NCBI GenBank assembly: GCA_018065465.1
Contig: JAGHTC010000009.1
Span: 9,484-73,483 of the forward strand
DNA: 64,000 nucleotides
From: Candidatus Ruminococcus equi
Lineage (GTDB): Bacteria; Bacillota; Clostridia; Oscillospirales; Acutalibacteraceae
Direction: 5' to 3'
Under the pieces are notes generated by a model. That model was given only the letters and a program-made list of their open reading frames with translations, was not told the DNA's origin and did not search any database. Every line of letters begins with the position of its first letter. The stretch's first letter is position 1. The translations under genes were made by a program, and so were the position numbers. Shown in pieces: positions 45,528 to 56,439 of this stretch.

Positions 45528-46370
45528 TCAACCCTCCAAATCTGCAAGTTTTGCTTTGAGTTCATTCAAAGCGATTTCGTATTCTTCGGCATTCGGGGCT
45601 TTTCCGTGCCAGCCGACTTGATTTTCCATATATGAAACGCCCTTGCCTTTTATTGTTTTTGCAATAATTGCGGTGGGCTTACCTTTGATTTCTTTTGCTT
45701 TATTCAAAGCGCTTTCAATATCGTCAAAGTTGTGACCGTCAATCTTTATTGTTTCAAAACCGAACGCCTCGAATTTTTTGTCGAGAGGCTCAATGCCCGC
45801 AACTTCTTCGGTAGTGCCGTCGATTTGGAGTCCGTTAGCGTCTACGATGACAACGAGGTTATCGAGGTTGTTGTGAGAAGCAAACATAGCGGCCTCCCAA
45901 ACCTGACCTTCTTCACATTCACCGTCACCCAAAACGGTATATACACGGTAGTCTTGGTTATTTATCTTTGCAGACAAAGCCATACCGCAGGCAGCGGATA
46001 CGCCCTGTCCCAAAGAACCCGTGCTCATATCAACACCGGGTGTGCTTTTCATATCGGGGTGGCCCTGGAGCATAGCACCGACATGACGAAGTTTTTCAAG
46101 TTCATCAAAATCAAAAAAGCCTTTAAGCGCGAGTATTGAGTAAAGACTCGGACAACAATGACCTTTTGACAAAACAAAACGGTCTCTGTCTTCCCATTGT
46201 GGGTTAGCGGCGTCGACATTCATTTCACAGAAATACAGGTATGTGAAAATATCAGCCGCAGACAAAGAACCGCCCGGATGTCCCGATTTAGCGTTAAATG
46301 TACCGATAATAGTGCCTATTCTCGCTTTGGTTGCAAGAATTTCGAGTTCTCTTTTTTGAGTCGGATTCAT
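45528..46370 (-). CDS. Transketolase, N-terminal subunit
   Basis: 'SGHPGGSLS', 'RDRFVLSKGH', 'STGSLGQG', 'GDGECEEGQVWEA' (ThDP motif). Confidence 0.95.
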   Translation of the reverse strand: MNPTQKRELEILATKARIGTIIGTFNAKSGHPGGSLSAADIFTYLYFCEMNVDAANPQWEDRDRFVLSKGHCCPSLYSILALKGFFDFDELEKLRHVGAMLQGHPDMKSTPGVDMSTGSLGQGVSAACGMALSAKINNQDYRVYTVLGDGECEEGQVWEAAMFASHNNLDNLVVIVDANGLQIDGTTEEVAGIEPLDKKFEAFGFETIKIDGHNFDDIESALNKAKEIKGKPTAIIAKTIKGKGVSYMENQVGWHGKAPNAEEYEIALNELKAKLADLEG

Positions 46371-46484
46371 AGCAAAAGCCCTCCCGAAAAATTTTTGTAT
46401 GATTTTCCTTGATTATTCTATCATACAAAATGTGACCTATTTTTCATTTTTTGCAAAAAGGACAAAAATATAGAAAGAATAATC

Positions 46485-46520
46485 TTGAAAACCACAGGGA
46501 AAAATTGTATAATTATACAA
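46485..46520 (+). promoter_or_regulatory. coaX promoter with a perfect 16-bp palindrome over the -10 box
   Basis: TTGAAA, 17 nt, TATAAT (46508-13); TTGTATAATTATACAA at 46505-46520. Confidence 0.7.
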
Positions 46521-46537
46521 ACAAAGGGAGTGATTTT

Positions 46538-47299
46538 ATGCTTCTTACGATTGATGTCGGCAATACGAACATAAAACTCGGCATCTTTGACAGAGAAAAT
46601 CTTATCCACGAGTTTCGTTTTTCAACGGTTGTGAAAACTGCGGATGAATATTCTTTTGAACTTTTTTCTCTGTTCAATATGATAAATTTGGATATAAAAG
46701 AAATAACAGGTTGTGCAATAAGTTCGGTTGTTCCCGCTGTTACCCACAGGCTCAGCAAAGCTATTGCTGGGCTGTTAAATATTGAGCCGCTTGTTGTCGG
46801 TCCCGGAGTGAAAACAGGACTCAACATCACGATTGATGACCCCTCAACTTTGGGTTCCGATTTGGTTGCAGGCTGTGTCGCAATGTCAAAACTTTATTCC
46901 ACACCGTGTATTTTTATTTCAATGGGAACCGCTACCGTACTGTCTGTTCTTGACAAAAACAGCAATATGTGCGGATGTATTATCTCGCCCGGTGTCAGAA
47001 TATCTTTAAACGCTTTGACTTCTTCCGGCGCGTTGCTTTCGAGCGTTGCAATGACACCGCCAGAACACGCAATAGGAAAGAACACAGGCGACTCAATCAA
47101 GAGCGGTATCGTTTTGGGTAACGCCTGTATGATTGACGGTCTTATTGAAAAAATCGAGGAGCAACTCGGTGAACCTTGCTCTGTTGTTGCGTCGGGCGGA
47201 TATGCCGAAACGGTTATCAAAATCTGCTCACATAAGATTGACATAAAAGACGACCTTATTATGCACGGTCTGCGTATTATCTACGAAAAGAATACATAA
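46538..47299 (+). CDS. coaX: Type III pantothenate kinase
   Basis: 'LTIDVGNTNIK', 'ISSVVP', 'LGSDL', 'MGTAT', 'ISPG', 'ASGG'. Start moved to ATG 46538. Confidence 0.95.
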   Translation: MLLTIDVGNTNIKLGIFDRENLIHEFRFSTVVKTADEYSFELFSLFNMINLDIKEITGCAISSVVPAVTHRLSKAIAGLLNIEPLVVGPGVKTGLNITIDDPSTLGSDLVAGCVAMSKLYSTPCIFISMGTATVLSVLDKNSNMCGCIISPGVRISLNALTSSGALLSSVAMTPPEHAIGKNTGDSIKSGIVLGNACMIDGLIEKIEEQLGEPCSVVASGGYAETVIKICSHKIDIKDDLIMHGLRIIYEKNT

Positions 47300-47361
47300 A
47301 ATATAAAGTCATATTTCATAAGCGTCTTATCCTTACGGAAAGGCAGCAGGAGGAATTTTCT

Positions 47362-47976
47362 ATGACAAACAAAAAATTATCAAATACAGTTTACCTTGTA
47401 TCTCTCGCTATGTTGGCGGCAATTATTATTATGCTGACCTTTACGGGGCTTGGGTACATTCCCTTGGGAGTAGGCTTTACCGTTTCCATACTGACTTTAC
47501 CCGTTACTATCGGTGCGGTTGTTTTGGGACCTATGGCGGGAGCCATACTCGGTCTTGTTTTCGGCATTACATCGTTTTTGACCTGTATACTCGGTATGGA
47601 TGCCCTGGGTGCTTTGTTGCTCACGATATCCCCGATAAAACTCCTTATCATGTGCATAGTTCCGAGAGTAATAACGGGACTTCTTTGCGGATATATTTTT
47701 AAGGGACTTCAAAAAATCGATAAAACAAAAATTATATCTTTTGCCGTTTCGTCACTTGCATGCCCGATTATGAACACCCTGTTCTTCCTTTCGACTTTGT
47801 GGCTGTTTTTCGGCAACGACCCTGCTGTTACGCAGTACACAAACGGCTCAACGAGTATTTTTGTTATCATTTTTGCGCTCGGCGGAATTAACGCTGTAAT
47901 CGAAGCGGCGGCAGGATTGATACTCGGCACGGCTATTACCAAATCACTTTCATCTGCGATAAAAAGAATACACTAA
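47362..47976 (+). CDS. ECF transporter S component (PanT-like by context)
   Basis: 6 TM segments, 'LGYIPLG..TILTLPVTIGAVVLGP..GAILGLVFG', 'VPRVITG'. Confidence 0.85.
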   Translation: MTNKKLSNTVYLVSLAMLAAIIIMLTFTGLGYIPLGVGFTVSILTLPVTIGAVVLGPMAGAILGLVFGITSFLTCILGMDALGALLLTISPIKLLIMCIVPRVITGLLCGYIFKGLQKIDKTKIISFAVSSLACPIMNTLFFLSTLWLFFGNDPAVTQYTNGSTSIFVIIFALGGINAVIEAAAGLILGTAITKSLSSAIKRIH

Positions 47977-47987
47977 GGAGAGATATT

Positions 47988-48488
47988 ATGTTTAGAGAAA
48001 TCACACCCGAAAGTCTTGAGAAAACATCTTTTGAAATGATAGGAAAAGACTGGATGCTCATAACCGCAGGGGATGAAAATAAACTCAACACAATGACGGC
48101 ATCGTGGGGTGCTATGGGCGTTTTGTGGAACAAAAATGTACTCATCGCCTTTGTCAGACCTTCACGATACACCTTTGATTTTCTCATGAAAAACGAAAAG
48201 TTTTCCTGCACATTCTATAACGGGGAATACAGAAAAGCACTTACCCTTTGCGGTACAAAAAGCGGTCGTGATATCGACAAAGTGAAAGAGTGTAATTTTA
48301 CTCCCGATTTTTCACAAGACGCACCGTTTTTTGATGAAGCGGACACCGTAGTAATTTGCAAAAAACTTTATGTTCAGCCGATGAAAAGCGAGTTTGCACT
48401 AACAGATGAAGTAAAGAAAAACTACAACGACGACAGCGAATACCACTATGTTTTCGTTGCCGAAATTGAAAAAGTGCTGAAAAAATAA
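47988..48488 (+). CDS. Flavin reductase-like protein
   Basis: 'WMLITAG..NTMTASWG', 'VRPSRYT', 'CGTKSGRD.DK'. Confidence 0.9.
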   Translation: MFREITPESLEKTSFEMIGKDWMLITAGDENKLNTMTASWGAMGVLWNKNVLIAFVRPSRYTFDFLMKNEKFSCTFYNGEYRKALTLCGTKSGRDIDKVKECNFTPDFSQDAPFFDEADTVVICKKLYVQPMKSEFALTDEVKKNYNDDSEYHYVFVAEIEKVLKK

Positions 48489-48497
48489 ACAAACACA

Positions 48498-48526
48498 AAG
48501 CCTTGAATCAAATTGATTCAAGGCTT
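48498..48526. terminator. Bidirectional terminator
   Basis: AAGCCTTGAATCAA-A-TTGATTCAAGGCTT. Confidence 0.85.
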
Positions 48527-49240
48527 ATTTTTTTCGTCTGTATTTTCTTTTTTATTTAATGTTTTCCTGCCGATTACTATTCCGATAAAAACTAAAACGC
48601 AAACCAAAAGTGCAAGAGCAATAAAAGCTAAAATCATATTGATTTTATTACTGCTTTTATTTTCAAAAAAGTTTTCTGTTCTCTCAACTTGAGTTTCATC
48701 AATTGTCGAAATTTTTGATTTCTCTGCTGCTTTTGATGTTTTGCTTTTCTTTTGGGTTTTTGTTACTTTGACATTTTTGCCGTTGACATCGATTTCACTT
48801 TGAAAGCCGTCTTCCGTGTTAAGATAATCAAGGCCCTCGGATACCGCTTCGACGCAGAATATATCCATATATGATGAGCCTTCTTTTTGGCTCTTAAACT
48901 GCAACGAACAAACTGCATCTTTGCTCTTGAAGTTTACTGCATCGGAAGAAGCAAAAATAATTTTTACTTCGCCGTTTTCTTCTGTTGCTTTTACAAAAGC
49001 GTTGTTGTCAGCACAAGTGACTTTTCTATACTCAAAACAGTTTTTGTCGTAAGAAACGGTAAATTCTGCAGAACAAAGGGAAACATCATTTTGTGCGACA
49101 ACATCCATATAGAAAAGCCTGTTGTTATCGATATTCGTGTCACAGGAAAGTCCAAATGAAGCCGAACTTTCTGCCCCTGCATATATCGTAAATGATAAAA
49201 CAAACAGCAGGGCAAAGAGTAAGGAAAATACCTTTCTCAT
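48518..49240 (-). CDS. Exported cohesin-like protein with a C-terminal TM anchor
   Basis: Signal peptide (..YAGA), 'FYMDVVA..SLCSAEFTVSYDKNCFEY', 'GEVKIIF', 'VCSLQFK', Lys/Thr linker, TM and basic tail. Confidence 0.6.
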   Translation of the reverse strand: MRKVFSLLFALLFVLSFTIYAGAESSASFGLSCDTNIDNNRLFYMDVVAQNDVSLCSAEFTVSYDKNCFEYRKVTCADNNAFVKATEENGEVKIIFASSDAVNFKSKDAVCSLQFKSQKEGSSYMDIFCVEAVSEGLDYLNTEDGFQSEIDVNGKNVKVTKTQKKSKTSKAAEKSKISTIDETQVERTENFFENKSSNKINMILAFIALALLVCVLVFIGIVIGRKTLNKKENTDEKNKP

Positions 49241-49971
49241 ATCAAGATACCGCCGTTTACCGAAAGGACCTGACCTGTGATAAATTTTGCTTTTTCACTG
49301 CACAAAAAGACAACGCTGTCGGCTACATCTTTTGGAGTGCCCAAACAGGAAAGGGGAGTTTCGTCTTTGAGTTCTTCTACCGCTTTTTCGTCAAAACCGT
49401 TCATCATATCGGTCGTAATCACGCCCGGTGCGACACAGTTGACGCGGATATTACTCGGTCCGACTTCCTTAGAGAGTGCCTTTGTAAGTCCGATAACACC
49501 TGCTTTTGATGTGCTGTATGCAACTTCACATGACGCGCCCGTTTGTCCCCACATCGAACTGATGTTGACAATAATACCGCTGTGGTTTTTTATCATCTGC
49601 GGCAAAACGCATTTACAGCAGTAGTAGACAGAATTAAGGTTAGTTGAAATAACTTTGTCCCATTCGTCTTTTTCGGTGTCGGTAAAAAGCATATAACTTG
49701 AAATTCCCGCATTGTTGACAAGAACATCAATGTTGCCAAAATGAGAATATGCCTTTTCAAACATAGCACGAACTTGTTCGTAGTCCGACACATCCGCCTT
49801 TATGCATATGCAATCGACATTGTAACTGTCTTTTATGATTTTTTCAAGACTTTTTGCTTTTTCTTCGCTGTTGTTATAGTTTATCACAACATTGTATCCC
49901 GCTTTGGCAAAGTTGACGGCACACGAAGCACCGATACCACGGGAAGCACCTGTTATCAGCACAGTCTTCAT
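49237..49971 (-). CDS. Classical SDR (FabG-like 3-oxoacyl-ACP reductase)
   Basis: 'TGASRGIG', 'LVNNAG', 'YSTSK', 'NCVAPG'. Confidence 0.9.
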   Translation of the reverse strand: MKTVLITGASRGIGASCAVNFAKAGYNVVINYNNSEEKAKSLEKIIKDSYNVDCICIKADVSDYEQVRAMFEKAYSHFGNIDVLVNNAGISSYMLFTDTEKDEWDKVISTNLNSVYYCCKCVLPQMIKNHSGIIVNISSMWGQTGASCEVAYSTSKAGVIGLTKALSKEVGPSNIRVNCVAPGVITTDMMNGFDEKAVEELKDETPLSCLGTPKDVADSVVFLCSEKAKFITGQVLSVNGGILI

Positions 49972-49979
49972 AAAGTCAC

Positions 49980-51680
49980 CTATTTTTTCTTAAATCCGTC
50001 TTTGAGGCTTACTGCACGGTTGAATATGAGTTTATCTTTTGTTGAGTCTTTGTCAAGACAGAAATAACCTGTTCTCATAAACTGAAAACTCTTCGGAGCG
50101 TCGTCGAAAAATGTTGCGATAGAAGCTTCGACCTTGCAATCTTCTTTAACGATAAGCGACTTTTCGTTTATGCAGGAAAGGAAATCGTCACCGTAGGCAT
50201 CGGGGTCGGGAACTTTGAAAAGGTTGTCGTAAAGGTTTACGGTTGCTTCGACGAAGTTGTTGGCGTCTACCCAGTGGATAGTACCTCTGACTTTTCTGCC
50301 GTCGGGAGTGTTTCCGCCTCGTGTTTCGGGGTCGTACTCTGCATATACTTCGGTTACTATTCCGTTTTCATCTTTTTTACAGCCTGTGCATTTTACGATA
50401 TAGGCTGATTTAAGTCTTACCTCGTTACCGGGGTACAAACGCTGGTAGCCTTTGAACGGTTCTTCAAGGAAGTCCGAGCCCTCGATATAGCACTCGCGGG
50501 AGAAAGTGATGGTGCGCTTTCCGTCGTCTTCGTTGTTCGGGTTGTTTTCTATATCAAAAGTTTCGGTTTTGCCTTCGGGGTAGTTAGTGATAATAAGTTT
50601 TATCGGGTCAATTACAGCCATAACACGCATTGCTCTTTCGTTGAGGTCTTCTCTCAAGCAATGCTCAAGAAAGCTGTATTCAACGGTAGAATTTACTTTT
50701 GAAACGCCGATTCTGTCACAGAAATTACGGATAGAACGGGGAGTATAACCACGCCTTCTTAATCCGCAGAGGGTGGGCATTCTCGGGTCGTCCCAACCGT
50801 TGACATAGCCGCCCTCGACCATAGCACGAAGTTTACGCTTTGACATAACTGTATTGTTGATACCGAGGCGGGCAAACTCAATCTGTCTGGGATTTCCGGG
50901 CAGAGTACAGTTATTTATTACCCATTCATAAAGCGGTCTGTGGTCTTCAAATTCGAGCGAGCAAAGCGAATGAGTAATATTTTCCATCGCGTCTTCAATC
51001 GGATGAGCAAAGTCGTACATCGGATAGATACACCACTTGTCGCCGGTACGGTGATGGGAAATCTTGTTTATTCTGTAAATAACGGGGTCGCGCATATTGA
51101 AGTTACCGGATGCCAGGTCGATTTTCGCCCTTAAGGTCATTTTGCCTTCTTCAAATTCGCCGTTTTTCATTCTTTCAAAAAGAGCAAGGCTTTCTTCAAT
51201 CGGTCTGTCGCGATACGGACTTGTTGCAGGGGTTGATAAATCGCCTCTGTAGTCGTGCATCTGCTGTGCAGAAAGTTCACAGACATAGGCAAGTCCTTTG
51301 TTGATAAGTTCAACGGCACATTCATACATCTTGTCAAAATATTCGGATGCATAGTAGAACCTGTCGTCCCAGTCAAAACCGAGCCAGTGTATATCCTCTT
51401 TTATTGCGTCGACATACTCGACATCTTCTTTTGTCGGGTTGGTGTCGTCCATACGCAGGTTGCAAAGACCGTTGTACTTTTGAGCAGTACCGAAGTCAAT
51501 ACAGATAGCCTTTGCGTGACCGATATGCAGATATCCGTTAGGCTCCGGCGGGAAACGGGTGTGGACTTTTTTGCCGTAGTAGTTTCCGTCTTCGCTTATG
51601 TCGTTGTCTATCATGGTATGGATAAAGTTTGACGCCATTTCTTCTTCGTTTTCAATTTCTTTTATAATTTCGTCTGACAT
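49980..51680 (-). CDS. glnS: Glutamine-tRNA ligase
   Basis: '[17 protein letters not shown]', 'YPMYDFAH', 'MSKRK', 'DDPRMPT..GLRRRG'. Confidence 0.98.
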   Translation of the reverse strand: MSDEIIKEIENEEEMASNFIHTMIDNDISEDGNYYGKKVHTRFPPEPNGYLHIGHAKAICIDFGTAQKYNGLCNLRMDDTNPTKEDVEYVDAIKEDIHWLGFDWDDRFYYASEYFDKMYECAVELINKGLAYVCELSAQQMHDYRGDLSTPATSPYRDRPIEESLALFERMKNGEFEEGKMTLRAKIDLASGNFNMRDPVIYRINKISHHRTGDKWCIYPMYDFAHPIEDAMENITHSLCSLEFEDHRPLYEWVINNCTLPGNPRQIEFARLGINNTVMSKRKLRAMVEGGYVNGWDDPRMPTLCGLRRRGYTPRSIRNFCDRIGVSKVNSTVEYSFLEHCLREDLNERAMRVMAVIDPIKLIITNYPEGKTETFDIENNPNNEDDGKRTITFSRECYIEGSDFLEEPFKGYQRLYPGNEVRLKSAYIVKCTGCKKDENGIVTEVYAEYDPETRGGNTPDGRKVRGTIHWVDANNFVEATVNLYDNLFKVPDPDAYGDDFLSCINEKSLIVKEDCKVEASIATFFDDAPKSFQFMRTGYFCLDKDSTKDKLIFNRAVSLKDGFKKK

Positions 51681-51705
51681 TGTAATTCCTTCTTTTTTAT
51701 AAAAG

Positions 51706-53151
51706 TTATGCTAGTTTTTCAAGACCGATTTTCATTCTGTTAAGACTTTCTTCACGGCCTAAAATATCGAGTATTTCTACCGCTCCGCCGGGGGTTACCG
51801 TTTTTCCCGCTACGGAAATTCGAGCAGGCCACATAACGGTGCCGTTTTTGACTTCGAGTTTCTCTGAAAGAGAGATAAGCGCATCGTGGATACTGTCGTG
51901 GTCCCAAGAGGGTAAAGCGGACAGTTCATCAAAGACTGCTTTGAGCATAATCGGAGCGTTTTCGAAATTTGTTTTACTTTTCTTGTTAACAAAAAGTTCT
52001 TTGTCGTAGTCGGGAAGTTCCTTGAAGAAGTCAATTTTTTCTTCAATATCGGTGAGTTTTGTTGTTCTTTGTTGCAAAATTCCCGCAAGTTTTTTGTAGT
52101 CGATATCCAAGTCCCCCAAAGCCTTTTCAAAATACGGTTTTGCAACTTCGACAAACTCATCTTCGCTCATCGCTTTGATGTATTCGCCGTTGAACCACTC
52201 AAGTTTATCGTAATCAAATACGGCGGGGGATTTTGAGATACCGCTGATATCAAAAACTTTTGTCAGTTCATCAAGGGTGAATATTTCCGTGTTATCTTTC
52301 GGACACCAGCCCAAAAGCGCGATATAGTTTATTATCGCTTGTGGGAGATAGCCTTCGTTAATAAGGTCATAAAAACCTGTTGAGCCGTGGCGTTTTGAAA
52401 GTTTTGAAACATTACCGTCTGCGTCTTTGCCGTTAATCAAAGGCAGGTGGATATAGGTCGGAATTTCCCACGAAAAAGCCTCGTAAAGGAGGTTATATTT
52501 CGGTGTGGAACTCAGGTACTCCGAGCCACGAAGTACATGGGTAATGCCCATTGTATGGTCGTCGATTACATTTGCAAAATTATAGGTAGGGTAGCCGTCG
52601 GCTTTAATAAGAATCTGGTCTTGAAGTTCCTCGTTATCAACTGTGATTTCGCCGAAAACCGCATCGACAAAAGTTGTCTTTCCGGTAATCGGCATCTTTT
52701 GTCGTATTACATAGGGGACGCCTTGTGCTAACAATCTGTCTATTTCTTCTTGCGATAAATCGCGACAATGTCTGTCGTAGCCGCCGCCTACTGTTTCACT
52801 TTGGATTTTTTCCAGACGCTCTTTGGTGCAGAAACAACGGTATGCTTTGCCTTCTTTAATCAGTTGTTCGGCATAGGGAAGGTACATATCCTTACGTTCT
52901 GACTGAACATAGGGGCCGTAGTCACCGCCTACATCGGGGCCTTCGTCGTGAGTAAGTCCTGCTGTTTTCAGCGTTTCGTAGATAACATCGACAGCACCTT
53001 CGACAATGCGTTCCTGGTCGGTGTCTTCGATACGCAGGATAAATTTTCCGCCCTGCGATTTAGCAACGAGATATTCATATAAAGCCGTCCTGAGGTTTCC
53101 GACATGCATAAAACCTGTCGGTGACGGCGCAAACCGTGTTCTGACTTCCAT
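51706..53151 (-). CDS. gltX: Glutamate-tRNA ligase
   Basis: '[15 protein letters not shown]', 'RIEDTD', 'KLSKRHG'. Confidence 0.98.
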   Translation of the reverse strand: MEVRTRFAPSPTGFMHVGNLRTALYEYLVAKSQGGKFILRIEDTDQERIVEGAVDVIYETLKTAGLTHDEGPDVGGDYGPYVQSERKDMYLPYAEQLIKEGKAYRCFCTKERLEKIQSETVGGGYDRHCRDLSQEEIDRLLAQGVPYVIRQKMPITGKTTFVDAVFGEITVDNEELQDQILIKADGYPTYNFANVIDDHTMGITHVLRGSEYLSSTPKYNLLYEAFSWEIPTYIHLPLINGKDADGNVSKLSKRHGSTGFYDLINEGYLPQAIINYIALLGWCPKDNTEIFTLDELTKVFDISGISKSPAVFDYDKLEWFNGEYIKAMSEDEFVEVAKPYFEKALGDLDIDYKKLAGILQQRTTKLTDIEEKIDFFKELPDYDKELFVNKKSKTNFENAPIMLKAVFDELSALPSWDHDSIHDALISLSEKLEVKNGTVMWPARISVAGKTVTPGGAVEILDILGREESLNRMKIGLEKLA

Positions 53152-53178
53152 AATTTTTTCCTTTCAATACTATAATCA

Positions 53179-53225
53179 AAAATGCGAAGCATTTTCCCTT
53201 AATTATCAATTGTCAATTATCAATT
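53179..53225 (-). repeat. Heptamer array plus hairpin, counterpart of 31116-31170
   Basis: Minus strand AATTGAT AATTGAC AATTGAT AATTAAG GGAAAATGC-TTC-GCATTTT. Confidence 0.8.
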
Positions 53226-53227
53226 TG

Positions 53228-53360
53228 ATGTCAAGCCTCGTTTCGCTCCGCTGTTCTTGAAATAACTCCTGCTCTCGTGAATTTTTACACAGACTTTTGG
53301 TCTGCTCCAAAATTCATGGCTCGCCCGTCGTAATTTCAAGGCTACGCGACTTGGCTCTTC
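53228..53360 (-). repeat. Structured dispersed element, copy 2 (133 nt)
   Basis: Begins 4 nt after the secA stop; GAAGAGCC...CGAGGCTTGACAT ends shared with 30913-31047. Confidence 0.85.
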
Positions 53361-53364
53361 TTAT

Positions 53365-56238
53365 TCATTCATCCCGCCCGCAGCACTTCTTATATTTCTT
53401 TCCGCTTCCGCAGGGGCAGGGGTCGTTTCTGCCGACTTTCTTTTTCTTTACTACTGTTCTGTTTGTCGAAACAGTACCGTCACCCGAAAACTCAACGGGT
53501 TTTGCTACCTGCTCACGCTTTAATGCAAGTGTTACTGCGTTGGGCTTTTCAGCTTGTTCGCCGTTATTGAGGATAACCTGATGTGCGGCTGCTGCTTTTT
53601 GTTCCATTTCTTTTCTTTGTCGCTCAATTTCAGCCTGTCTTCTCTGGATTTCAAGTACGCGTTTAGGTGCAACAAGCATAAGTTTTGCAGTATCCTGACG
53701 GATGGATTCAACCATTTCGTCAAACATATCGAAGCCTTCTATTCTGTACTCAACAACGGGGTCATGCTGACCGTAAGCACGAAGTCTGATACCGTTTTTG
53801 AGTTGTTCCATATTGTCGATATGTTCCATCCAGTAGGTATCAACCGATTTGAGAAGATAGACACGCTCCATTTCGCGCATAGTATCATCATCAAAGAGAG
53901 CTTCGTTCTCTTTGTACATATCCATAGCACGGTTTGTTAAGGTGTCAATAAGGTCTTGTCTTGTTACCTCTTCAAGTTCGTCAACGGTAAACGAGAACTT
54001 GTTATCGTCAGTAATGAGCCAACCTCTGTAAAATTCGTTAAGTCCCGAGAGATTCCATTCGTCTTTTTGGATATCATCGGCACAGAACATATTTACATTA
54101 TTTTCTATTGTACTTTCAACCATCTTGATAATAGTATCGTGGATGTTTTCGCCGTTTAATACTTGGTCACGCTGACCGTAGATGATTTCACGCTGACGGT
54201 TCATAACATCGTCATAGTCAAGTACGGATTTACGAATAGCAAAGTTCCTTGATTCGACTTTTTGCTGTGAACTTTCGATAATGCTCGAAATGGTTTTGCT
54301 TTCAATCGGCATGGTTTCGTCTATGTTCATACGCTCCAAAATCATACCCATTCGCTCGCCGCCGAAAATACGCATAAGGTCGTCTTCGCATGAAAGGAAA
54401 AATCTCGACATACCGGGGTCACCCTGACGGCCTGAACGACCTCTCAACTGGTTATCAATACGGCGTGATTCGTGGCGTTCTGTACCGATAATGTAAAGAC
54501 CGCCTGCATCTCGAACTTTCTTTGCTTCTTCTTCGATTTCAACTTTATATTTGTCGTGATATTCGGAGAAAGTTTTTCTTGCATTTATAATATCTTCGTC
54601 ATCTGTATCAGCAAAGCCTGTTGCTTCGACTATGAGTTCTTCGTCAAAGCCTTCTTTACGCATAGCGGTCTTTGCCATATATTCGGCGTTACCGCCCAAA
54701 ACGATATCGGTACCACGACCTGCCATATTTGTAGCGATTGTTACAGCACCGTATTTACCCGCTTGGGCAACGATTTCGGCTTCTTTTTCGTGGTGTTTAG
54801 CGTTCAATACATTGTGGTCAATGCCCTGCTTTTTCAGCAGTTTTGAAAGTTGCTCGGATTTTTCAATTGAAATAGTACCGACAAGGACGGGCTGCCCTTT
54901 TTCGTGAGCCTCTTTTATCTCGTCAATAATGGCATAGAATTTACCTTTTTCGGTTTTGAATATAGCATCGGGGCAGTCGTCTCTGATGACTTCTTTGTTG
55001 GTGGGAATTTCAACAACATCAAGTCTGTATATCTCTTGAAATTCGGTTTCTTCGGTTTTTGCTGTACCTGTCATACCGGAAAGTTTCTTGTAAAGGCGGA
55101 AGAAATTTTGGAAAGTGATAGTCGCAAGAGTTTTTGACTCGCTTTCGACCTTAACGCCTTCTTTTGCTTCAATAGCCTGATGAAGTCCCTCGTTGTATCG
55201 CCTTCCGTACATAAGACGGCCTGTAAATTCGTCAACGATGATAACTTCGCCGTCTTTTACAACATAGTTTACTTCGTTTTTCATACAGCCGTAGGCTTTG
55301 ATAGCCTGGTTAACATGGTGCTGAATGGTGATATTTTCGGGGTCGGTGAGATTTTCAAGAGAGAAAAATTCCTCTGCTTTCTTAACGCCTACTTGGGTAA
55401 GAGTTGCTGTCTTTGCTTTCTCGTCAACAACATAGTCAATGTTGTTTTCCTTATAGAAAGATTCCATATCTTCTTTGTTGTCGATTTCGGTGAAGACATG
55501 CTTTTTGAGTCTTCTCGCAAAAGCGTCTGCTTTTTCGTACAAATCGGATGCTTTGTCACCTCTGCCCGAAATGATAAGAGGAGTTCTCGCTTCATCTATC
55601 AAAATGGAGTCAACCTCGTCGACGATGGCAAAAGCGTGTTCACGCTGAACTTTCTGTTCTTTATATACAACCATATTGTCACGAAGATAGTCAAAGCCGA
55701 GCTCGTTGTTTGTGCCGTAGGTGATATCGGCTTCATACATTTGTTTTCTCTCATCTGCGGGGACATCGTGGATAATAAGTCCGACAGAGAGTCCCAAGAA
55801 GCGATAGAGTTTTCCCATCCATTCGGAGTCACGCTTTGCAAGGTAGTCGTTGACGGTAACGATGTGAACGCCTTTACCTGTAAGACCGTTTAAGTATGCG
55901 GGCAAAGTAGCGACCAAAGTTTTACCTTCACCTGTTTTCATTTCGGCAATTCTGCCTTCGTGCAAAACGATACCGCCGATAATCTGAACGGGGAAGTGTT
56001 TCATACCGAGAACGCGGTACGATGCCTCTCGACAAACGGCAAAAGCGTCGGGCAGGATGTCGTCTGTTGTTTCTCCGTTTTTCAGTCTTTCTTTCAATAT
56101 ATCAGTTTGACTTTTAAGTTCTTTATCATCCATAGCCTGATATTTCGGCTCAAGTTCAAGTACCTTGTCGCAGATAGGCTGGATTTTTTTGAGTTCTCTT
56201 TTGGAGTAATCTCCGAACAATACTTTAAAAAGTCCCAT
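53365..56238 (-). CDS. secA: Preprotein translocase ATPase SecA
   Basis: 'MKTGEGKT', '[19 protein letters not shown]', '[11 protein letters not shown]', SEC-C '[13 protein letters not shown]'. Start moved to ATG 56238 (AAAGGA RBS). Confidence 0.98.
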   Translation of the reverse strand: MGLFKVLFGDYSKRELKKIQPICDKVLELEPKYQAMDDKELKSQTDILKERLKNGETTDDILPDAFAVCREASYRVLGMKHFPVQIIGGIVLHEGRIAEMKTGEGKTLVATLPAYLNGLTGKGVHIVTVNDYLAKRDSEWMGKLYRFLGLSVGLIIHDVPADERKQMYEADITYGTNNELGFDYLRDNMVVYKEQKVQREHAFAIVDEVDSILIDEARTPLIISGRGDKASDLYEKADAFARRLKKHVFTEIDNKEDMESFYKENNIDYVVDEKAKTATLTQVGVKKAEEFFSLENLTDPENITIQHHVNQAIKAYGCMKNEVNYVVKDGEVIIVDEFTGRLMYGRRYNEGLHQAIEAKEGVKVESESKTLATITFQNFFRLYKKLSGMTGTAKTEETEFQEIYRLDVVEIPTNKEVIRDDCPDAIFKTEKGKFYAIIDEIKEAHEKGQPVLVGTISIEKSEQLSKLLKKQGIDHNVLNAKHHEKEAEIVAQAGKYGAVTIATNMAGRGTDIVLGGNAEYMAKTAMRKEGFDEELIVEATGFADTDDEDIINARKTFSEYHDKYKVEIEEEAKKVRDAGGLYIIGTERHESRRIDNQLRGRSGRQGDPGMSRFFLSCEDDLMRIFGGERMGMILERMNIDETMPIESKTISSIIESSQQKVESRNFAIRKSVLDYDDVMNRQREIIYGQRDQVLNGENIHDTIIKMVESTIENNVNMFCADDIQKDEWNLSGLNEFYRGWLITDDNKFSFTVDELEEVTRQDLIDTLTNRAMDMYKENEALFDDDTMREMERVYLLKSVDTYWMEHIDNMEQLKNGIRLRAYGQHDPVVEYRIEGFDMFDEMVESIRQDTAKLMLVAPKRVLEIQRRQAEIERQRKEMEQKAAAAHQVILNNGEQAEKPNAVTLALKREQVAKPVEFSGDGTVSTNRTVVKKKKVGRNDPCPCGSGKKYKKCCGRDE

Positions 56239-56377
56239 ATTATCGTGTCCTTTCGAAAAAAATGTTTCTGTTTTGGGTAACAAATAACCACTTGTACCCA
56301 TTATAAAAAGCATTATAACATATATATTGCAAAAAATAAAGTCTATTCTTTAAAGTTGTGATATTTCTATAAAGTTA

Positions 56378-56406
56378 TTGATTTTGGTAGAAAAATATAG
56401 TAAAAT
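56378..56406 (+). promoter_or_regulatory. Sigma-A promoter for trkAH
   Basis: TTGATT, 17 nt, TAAAAT. Confidence 0.6.
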
Positions 56407-56439
56407 CAGTATGATTTTTAATACTAGGAAGGCGAAATT

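Noticed and set aside
53152-53364. T-box leader for gltX/glnS
   Set aside because: No GGTGGNACC antiterminator motif and no terminator/U-tract; the same element occurs at 30913, away from any synthetase gene.
55180-55893. 237-aa plus-strand ORF and similar antisense ORFs (e.g. 5024-5476, 36834-37286, 43374-43853)
   Set aside because: They lie entirely opposite well-conserved genes; antisense shadows with no motifs.
56239-56313. N-terminal extensions in the ORF track (secA, wecB, coaX, FHA-FtsW, GNAT, AraC, MBL)
   Set aside because: Downstream starts have clear RBSs and match family N-termini; extensions overlap promoters or neighbouring genes.
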